Origin: Hydrurus foetidus
Lineage: Eukaryota
Direction: 5' to 3'
Assembly: GCA_900617105.1 (NCBI GenBank)
Contig: UYFQ01000852.1
Location: forward strand, 248,001 to 277,356
DNA length: 29,356 bases
Shown here: in pieces, positions 22,250 through 29,356 of the stretch
Position numbering within the stretch: the stretch's first letter is position 1
Layout: each line of letters opens with the position of its first letter
Notes under the pieces: generated by a model
Told to the model about the DNA's origin: nothing
The model's database searches: none
The model's input: only the letters and a program-made list of their open reading frames with translations
Made by a program: the position numbers and the translations under genes

Positions 22250-24172
22250 GGGCCCGGCGGCCTTGACGATCGAGCGACGAAGATCGGGCAGCGTCGCTTC
22301 CTCCGGTCAGCATTTGGATAGCTTGCTCGTCGAGACCACTGTCTGGGCCTGGGAGCCCAGACGGCGGATAACGACCTCGCCCTTCTCGGCCTCGTTGCGA
22401 CCGACCACGGCGATGACGGGCACCTTGCCGACAGAGTGTTCGCGCACCTTAGCCGACCTTCTCGTTGCGCAGATCGGTCTCGACCACGAAGGGCCGCCTT
22501 GAACTTCGCGGCGACCTCCTGGGGCATAGTCGTCGGCGTCCGACGTGATGGTAGCCACCACCGCCTGCACCGGCGCGAGCCACGGAAGGCCCCGGCATAG
22601 TTCACCGATCATGATGCCGATGAACCGCTCAGAAACTGCCCAGGATGGCCCGGTGCAGCATCACCGGCCGGTGCTTCTGGCCGTCCTCGCCGACATACTC
22701 CGCGTTCAGCCGTTCCGGGCGGACAAAGTCCAGCTGCAGCGTGCCGCAGGTCCATTCGCGGCCGATGGCGTCCCTTGACCACGAAATCCAGCTTGGGCGC
22801 CGAAGGCCCGTCGCCCTCGGCGATGACCGGGTCGACCCGGCCAGGCACGCCGCCTCGCCCGGCATGCCCTCGGCCTTGTCCCAGATTCGTCCGATCCGGC
22901 GCGGACGTCGGGTCGTGTGGCGGACATATAGGCCGTCTGCATGCCGAGGTCGGCGTGGACGATCCGGGTCAGCTCGATGAACCGGCGCGTCTCCTCGACG
23001 ATCTGGTCCTCACGGCAGAAGATGTGGGCGTCGTCCTGGGTGAAGGCCCGCACCCGCATGATGCCGTGCATGGCGCCCGAGGGCTCATAGCGGTGGCAGG
23101 CCCCGAACTCGGCCATACGCAGCGGCAGTTCGCGATAGCTCTTCTGGCCGATGTTGAAGATCTGGATATGGCCCGGGCAGTTCATCGGCTTGAGGCTGAG
23201 GTCTCGCCCTCCACCGTCTCAGACAGGAACATGTTGGGCGGTATTTCTCCCAGTGGCCCGAAGCCTCCCAGTTGCGGTCCAGCACCTGGGGCGTCTTGAC
23301 CTCGACATAGCCGGCGGCGTCGGGCCGGCGGCGCATATAGGCCTCGATGACCTGCCACAGGATCCAGCCCTTGCAGGATGCCAGAAGACCATTCCCCGGC
23401 CCTCTTCCTGCATGTGGAAGAGTTCCATCTGACAGCCCAGCTTCCTGTGGTCGCGCTTCTCGGCCTCCTCGATCCGCACCAGATAGGCGTCGAGGTCCTC
23501 CTTCGTCGCCCAGGCCGTGCCATAGATGCGCTGAAGCTGTTCGCGATTGCTGTCGCCGCGCCGTGAAGCCCGCCAGCTTGGTCAGTTTGAAGGCCTTGCC
23601 CACCGATCTGGTCGAGGGAAGTGCGGGCCCTGCACAGGTCGATCAGTCACCCCTGCTTGAGGCGTGATCGTCGGTCGCCCCGGCGGGTCGCGGATCAGCT
23701 CGGCCTTGAACTTCTCGCCCTTCGCTTCGAAGAAGTGATCGCCTCATCGCGGTCCCAGACCTCGCGCTCGAACTTCGCGTCGCGATCCACGATCCGCGAC
23801 ATCTCCTTTCGATCGCAGCAGGGAGTCGTCGGTGGAGAAAGGCGTCTCGCGGTAGAAATCGTGGTAGAAGCCGTCCTCGATGGCCGGGCCGATCGTGACC
23901 TGGGTGCCGAGGGAACAGTTTCTGCACCGCCTCGGCGGGACGTGGGCCGTGTCGTGACGGATCGTGTAGAGCGCCTCGGGGTCGTCGCGCATGATCAGGC
24001 GGAACGATCCGCCGGTCTCCAGGACCCGGTTCAGGTCGCGCTGCTCGCCGTTCAGCTCGGCCAGGACGGCCTTCTTGGCCAGCGATGGCGAGATGGCATG
24101 GGCCACGTCGCGCGCGGTCGATCCGGCCGGATACTCACGCGTCGCGCCGTCGGGAAAGGTCAGCTGGATCAT
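22250..24172 (-). CDS. thrS: Threonine--tRNA ligase, heavily frameshifted
   Basis: MIQLTFPDG (TGS domain), [67 protein letters not shown]; 3' end approximate. Confidence 0.96.
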
Positions 24173-24178
24173 CTGTCT

Positions 24179-24417
24179 TCAGTCTCAAGGGGCGGTGCGT
24201 CTTTTGCAGGCACGGGGTCGTATCCCGAACCGCCGAAGGGTGGCATTTACAGAGCCTGCGTACCGTCAGCCACCCCTTTCGCAGACCGTGCCGGATCAGG
24301 GGCGTCGCGGCCATAGTCCGAACAGGTCGGCAGGAACCGGCACGACTGACCAAAGAACGGGCTGAGCGTCAGCTTGTAGCCGCGATGCGCCGCGCGCACC
24401 CGTTCATTACAGGGTAA
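24179..24417 (-). CDS. yidD: Membrane protein insertion efficiency factor YidD, frameshifted
   Basis: [38 protein letters not shown]. Confidence 0.9.
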
Positions 24418-24446
24418 CGGGCGTGTCAGGGGCTGGCCGTGATCCG

Positions 24447-24899
24447 TCACGCGGCCCCGACCAGCGTGGCGCGGCTGCCTTGCGCCTGCGACACGGCATC
24501 AGCGTCGCCTCGGTGGCCACCATGGTCGAGGCGTGGCGCGCGGGATAGGCGGCCACCTGTTTCAGGGCGCGCAACCCTTCGAAGCGACCGTCCGGTCCAT
24601 CGCCACCGGATTTCAGCATGGCCAGCATGGCGTCACGGGCGGATCCGGAGTTCGCCGGCGGTGGCCCCGATGACCGCTTCGCCGAGGACGCCCGCTGCCG
24701 CCTGGCCAGGGGCGCAGGCCTTCACGTCCTGGGCGAACCAGGCCACGCGTCCGTCGGCGTCGAGGGTCACGTCGACGATGGCGCGCGATCCGCACAGCCT
24801 GGCGGTCGGTCCCCGTTCCATCCGGGTCCGGCAGCCGCCCGGCATGAGCAGGTTCGCCGCCAGCGTCAGGATGCGCGCGCTGTAGAGGTCGTCGATCAT
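24447..24899 (-). CDS. IscU/NifU N-terminal-like Fe-S scaffold protein, frameshifted
   Basis: [20 protein letters not shown], [15 protein letters not shown]. Confidence 0.85.
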
Positions 24900-24953
24900 G
24901 CGGCCAAGATAGGCGGCAGGCGGCACCGAAGACGGGTGCGCAGGCCATCGTCA

Positions 24954-24978
24954 GGAACCGTGCATTTGTCACAGAGTT
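24954..24978 (+). promoter_or_regulatory. EcfG/sigmaT-like promoter
   Basis: GGAAC-N17-GTT about 60 bp upstream of ATG 25040. Confidence 0.6.
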
Positions 24979-25039
24979 GATGGCTGGCTAGCCTTCATCC
25001 GTCCACGACGCGTCTGTCCTGAAACTGCCAGGAAAACCC

Positions 25040-25605
25040 ATGCGCCTTACGCTGATCGCCGCCGTTTCCGCCCTTGCCCTGACGGGGTGCCGCCAGCGTA
25101 CTGGCTGCGCCTGTCTCCATCCCGCAGGCAACCGAGTATTCCGACGCCCAGCTCAGGCCTTCGGCACGGCCATGACCGCCGTCCGCGCCGCCCCGACCGA
25201 CGGCAGCGCGCCGAATGCACGGAACAACAGGCCGCCATGGCCGCGGCCGTCTCGTCGTCCGGCATGGACATCACGGCCTTCAACGCCCTGGCCACCGCTG
25301 TGTCGACCGATGAGGTGCTTCAGGCGCGCCTGGCCGTCCTCACGCGACCCAGGAATCGCCCGCCGGCTCGGTCGGCGCCTCGGTGACCGACGCCGAAATC
25401 GCACAGTTCGGGGCCGCCATGGTTCAGGTCCGCGCCGCCCGCCGACCGACGGCTCGGCCCCACGACCGAACAGCAGGCCGCCATGGCCGCGGCGGTGTCG
25501 TCCTCGGGTCTGGCACTGGACAGGTTTAACGCCATCGCCCAGGCGGTCTCGTCCGACGAGCGTCTGCGCGCGCGTCTGGAGCTGGCCGACGTCAGGGCGG
25601 ACTGA
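25040..25605 (+). CDS. Exported protein with two DUF4168-like repeats, frameshifted
   Basis: MRLTLIAAVSALALTGC lipobox; EQQAAMAAAVSSSGMDITAFNALATAVSTDEVLQARL and EQQAAMAAAVSSSGLALDRFNAIAQAVSSDERLRARL. Confidence 0.7.
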
Positions 25606-25608
25606 CGC

Positions 25609-26422
25609 CTACTGGGTTTGCAGCGGGACCAGGTCCGGGCCGAGGCCAGGGCCGTCGTGTCGGGCGTGGCGGACCTGCGTCCGGCCCTGGCTGCGCAACC
25701 ATTGCAGGTTCCGCTCGGCCGCGGCGGGCGGAAGTTCGCGGCGGATGATCGCTCCGCCTCGCCCGTCTTGCCCTGCAGGCCCAGCACCATGGCCAGGTTC
25801 AGTCGCATCTTCTGCGTCGCAGCCGGCTGGGTGACGGCGCGGAGCAGTGTTTCGGCTCCCGGCGCGTCGCCGTTGATGGCCAGGGCCATGGCGGCGTGGT
25901 CGGATCTCGGGATTGTCCGGCGACAGCGTCAGGGCCGTGGTCAGACGTCCTGCGCATCGGCCGTCCGGCTGACCTGCTGATAGGCCACGCCGAGCAGCGA
26001 CAGCGGTCGCCAGTCGTTCGGCGCGAGGTCGCGCGCCTGTTCCAGTGGCGCGATCCCGTAGAGGCCTGCCCCCGCGCGATCTGGGCGCGGCCGATCTCAA
26101 CATCGCCTCGACGTTCTGCGGCTGGGTCACCAGCACCTGCTGACCCACGGCGGCGGCCTGGTCGAACTGGCCCAGCTGGCGCAGGGCCTCGAGCCAGACG
26201 CACCCCGCCACCGGATCAGCAGGGTTCACCTCCATCTCGCGCGACCAGAAGACCGACCGGGCCAGCGGATCGAGGCGGCCATAGGCGGCGCGCTCTTCTG
26301 CGGAGGCGGGCTGGCGTGCGGGAGGCTCAGCTGCGGTATCGGCCGCCTGAGCGAAAACCAGTCCGGCCGCCGCGAGCGGCAGGACGGCCGGGTCGTGAGA
26401 TCAGGGAGCGATTGCGCGACAT
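25609..26422 (-). CDS. tadD: TPR protein, Tad pilus assembly TadD/CpaO-like, frameshifted
   Basis: TPR repeats, WRPLSLLGVAYQQ, MRLNLAMVLGLQGKTGEAE, RRELPPAAAERNLQWLR, ARTW; divergent from an M17 peptidase. Confidence 0.75.
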
Positions 26423-26467
26423 GGATCACCGGCAGAATGTCTTCGACCCGCAGAGTCGCTCTTCGCG

Positions 26468-26482
26468 TCAATCATTGGTTAA
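26468..26482 (-). promoter_or_regulatory. CtrA box upstream of tadD
   Basis: Minus strand TTAA-CCAATGA-TTGA, one mismatch, in the 80-bp divergent gap. Confidence 0.68.
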
Positions 26483-26501
26483 TCCGCACTCAAGGTCCTG
26501 C

Positions 26502-27879
26502 ATGTCGTCGTCGCCCCGACCCGATCGTCCCCGCCGATGCGCCCGAGGCCGCGACGGCCGTCCCCTCCGTTTTGCCGGACCGTCGGGGAAGATCGAAGCG
26601 GAGGGTCACGCGTGGGCCGACCGGATGGAGGCTTACGGGCAAGCCGGGTCAGGTCGTGGCGGTGCCGGGCCCCGACGGCGGCATCGACCATGTCTCGTCG
26701 GCACGGGCAAGACCTTCGACCCCATGAGCGCGCGCGCTTTCGGCGAAGCTGCCCGCAGGCCTGTATCGTCTGGAGGCTGACCCGGAAGATGCGAAGATCG
26801 CCGCGCTGGCCTTCCTGCTCGGCCGCTACCGGTTCGATCGCTACAGGCCACGCAAGGACGACGACGGGTGCGCCTGGTCGCGCCGGAGGGCTTGGATGCC
26901 GTCGAGGCGGGCCGCATCGCCGCCGCCTGCGCCCTGGCGCGCGAGATGGTCGACACCCCGCCGCGGACGGGGCCTTGCAGATGGAGACCATCGCCCGTGA
27001 GGTCGCCAGGGCCCACGGAGCTTCGATCTCTGTCGTCACCGGCGACGCCCTGCTGGAAGCGAACTATCCGGCCATCCACGCCGTAGGCTAACGCCGCGCC
27101 GCCCACCGCGCCCCGCGCCTCATCGAGATCGGCTGGCAGATGGACCGGACCGACCGGCCGCTGGTCACCCTCGTCGGCAAGGGCGTCGCCTTCGATTCGG
27201 GCGGGCTGGACATCAAGTCCGCGGCCGGGATGCGCAACATGAAGAAGGACATGGGCGGTGCGGCCCATGTCAACCCTAACCCGGCTTGTGATGCAGGCGG
27301 GCCTCGATGTGCGCGGCTGATCGTGCTGGTCGCGGCGGTGGAGAACGCCATTTCCGCCGACGCCTTCCGTCCGGGTGACGTTCTGAACAGCCGCAAGGGG
27401 CTGACCATCGAGATCGGCAATACGGATGCGGAGGGCCGTCTGATCCTGGCCGATGCCCTGACGCGGGCCGGTGAGCACCATCCCGACCTGACCCTGGACT
27501 TCGCCACTGACCTGGTGCCGCGCGTGTCGCCCTCGGCCTGAACTGCCGCCGCTCTACACGGACGACGAGACCCTGGCGCCGACCTGCTGGCGGCCGCGAC
27601 TGTGTGCGCGACCCTGTGGAGAATGCCGTTGTGGGCCGGTTACCGGGCCGCCATCGATTCGGACATAGCCGACGTCCGCAACGACTCGGCCAGCTGGGCC
27701 CAGGGCGGCTCGATCACCGCGGCCCTGTTCCTGCAAAAATTTGCTCCGAGGACCGGTGCCTGGGCCCATCTGGACGTCTTCGCCTGGAACAGCCGCAGCC
27801 GCCCGGCCATCCCGAGGGCGGGGAGGCACAGGGCCTACGCGCCGCCTATGCGATGCTGAAGGCGCGATACGGGACCTGA
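26502..27879 (+). CDS. M17 leucyl aminopeptidase family protein (PepB-like), frameshifted
   Basis: VGKGVAFDSGGLDIK, MKKDMGGAA, IEIGNTDAEGRLILADAL, GGSITAALFL, WAHLD. Confidence 0.93.
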
Positions 27880-28344
27880 TCCACCCAGCCCGTCGCGGGT
27901 CTTCGGGATCGTTCACCGAAGGGCGCGGCGGCGTTGCGCGACGACTGCGACGGCGGGCCGTCCTGTTCATCAGGAGGCGGGAGACCGTTCGGCGGATCAG
28001 TTGCAGCGATTGTCCCCGCGCAACGCGCAGCCCGTTCGCCGCCATGACGGCGGTTGCGATCAGAAGGGCGTCGATCATCATGCCGACATCGAACATGACC
28101 GCCCAGGCCAGAACCTCCGGGTGCCATGACACCGAACAGGATCATGCCTTCCGTCTCGAACAACAGCACCATCGTCAGCCCTGCCAGGGCAGACCCGAAT
28201 AGAAGGCGATGCGCCAGGCCGCGGCGCGGTTCAGAGCCAGGCCGGCTTCTCGATCAGCCAGACCCTCAGGACGCGTCCGATTTCGGTGTCGGGAAACAGG
28301 ACGGGACACAACGACGATGTGGCCGTCAGATTGAAGATCAGCAT
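27846..28344 (-). CDS. Hypothetical membrane protein, frameshifted
   Basis: Stitched FPDTEIGRVLRVWLIEKPA..WRIAFY..VLLFETEGMILFGVMAPEVLAWAVMFDVGMMIDALLIATAV, an Arg-rich tail, then ..PYRAFSIA-stop. Confidence 0.6.
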
Positions 28345-28482
28345 TGACCACCCCACCATCGCGTCGTGCAGGAACTGGCCTCTCGCGCGACGTATTCCAA
28401 GATCGCCCGCAGTTCCATGCGCCATTAACGGGACTTTCGCCTTCGTCCGGCAAAGGGTGGGCCAACGTCAGGGCCTTCGCGT

Positions 28483-29262
28483 TTGACCGACCCTCTGCCA
28501 CCCTCGATCGGCCTGCCTGGCCCGGCCTGATCTGGCCGCGCTGGCGCTGGAAGGGCGTGTCCGGGCACAGGCCTATCGGGCGACCGAACCGCTGCGCTGC
28601 GTCCAGGCCGTCGCCGATATTCACGCCGGGGCCTCGCCGGCCGGAACGGATCGACCAACTTCTGTTCGGCGAGATCTTCGACGGTCTGGAACGCCGGGGC
28701 GGCCAGATCTGGGGCCAGGCCGGCGGGACAGCACGGTCGGCTGGATGGATGCCGCGGCCCTCGGCGGGGCCGGTGCCCTCCCGACCCACCGGATCGCCGC
28801 CGTCGATGCCGAAATGCCGCTGAACGCCCTGCTACGGACCGGCGATGGTTCAGGGGCGGTCGGGTCGAATCGGCGCGTTTGAAGCGGATCCGGTCACGGT
28901 CGCGGAACGGCTGCTCGGCGTGCCCACGCCCGGGCGCGATCCTCCGTGGCCACCGGCTGTTCGGGACTGGTGCAGCGGGCGTTGCTGGCCTGTGGCCTGG
29001 CCGGACCGCCGGTCCCATGAACAGGCCGAACTGGGCCGGGCCGTGTCGCGCGCCGATGCCCGGCGCGGCGATATCGTGGTCTGAGCATCCGGTCGGGCCA
29101 GAGCTGGACCGGACATTCCTGCTCATGCTGGACGGTGACCGCGTGCTGCACGCGACAGCGGAGTCACCATCGCGCGGTGGTGTCAGGGCTTTCGATGACG
29201 CCGATGCCCGCTACCTCGGCGATGGCTTTCCAGCCCGCCGTTTTCATCACCTGAACCCCTGA
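28483..29262 (+). CDS. NlpC/P60 (C40) family peptidase with N-terminal SH3-like region, frameshifted
   Basis: PDLAALALEG, DQLLFGEIFD, WGQA, DPVTVAERLLGVP, degenerate DCSG-like region, RRGDIV, LHA; typical partner of the M17 peptidase. Confidence 0.75.
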
Positions 29263-29269
29263 GACGCAA

Positions 29270-29293
29270 ACAGGCGACCCGAGGGCCGCCTGT
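29270..29293. terminator. Terminator hairpin
   Basis: ACAGGCG/CGCCTGT stem just after the NlpC stop; short T-tract on the minus strand. Confidence 0.55.
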
Positions 29294-29356
29294 CGAGGAA
29301 TCGTCAGCGTATGTGCGTCAGGCGGCCGGTGCGGCCTCTGCAGCGGGTGCGGTCCC

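Noticed and set aside
22250..24172. thrS as a pseudogene or programmed-frameshift gene
   Set aside because: Essential gene of full length with intact motifs; same indel pattern as the rest of the window
29318..29356. 3' end of a minus-strand gene at the window edge
   Set aside because: Only about 12 codons visible, not enough to support a call

Overview
GC-rich alphaproteobacterial chromosomal window. The gcrA gene, tlpA/argH/lipoprotein/lysA synteny, CtrA boxes and EcfG promoters point to Caulobacteraceae, most like Brevundimonas. Nearly every gene, including the normally essential thrS and dapE, is broken by scattered single-base indels. This is best explained as unpolished long-read error, so CDS limits were stitched by eye across frames and some ends are approximate. 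Content is mostly housekeeping: two SRPBCC proteins, two MFS transporters, M20 amidohydrolase, dapE, cupin, dcd, apaG, gcrA, PQQ sugar dehydrogenase, tRNA-Met, a winged-helix regulator, tlpA, argH, lysA, alpha/beta hydrolase, a beta-oxidation pair, thrS, yidD, an IscU-like protein, a DUF4168 protein, tadD/cpaO, M17 aminopeptidase and NlpC/P60. No transposase, integrase, CRISPR array or defence system was recognised, and I found no clear new multi-gene system. The most interesting signals are non-coding: three different palindromic intergenic repeat types, a hairpin-rich ~470 bp gap between apaG and gcrA, and a gcrA upstream region carrying an exact 14-bp GANTC-containing inverted repeat with NrdR-box-like cores next to a CtrA box. 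There are also three EcfG/sigmaT-type promoters, a LiuR-type MerR operator and a small two-gene unit abutting the tRNA.
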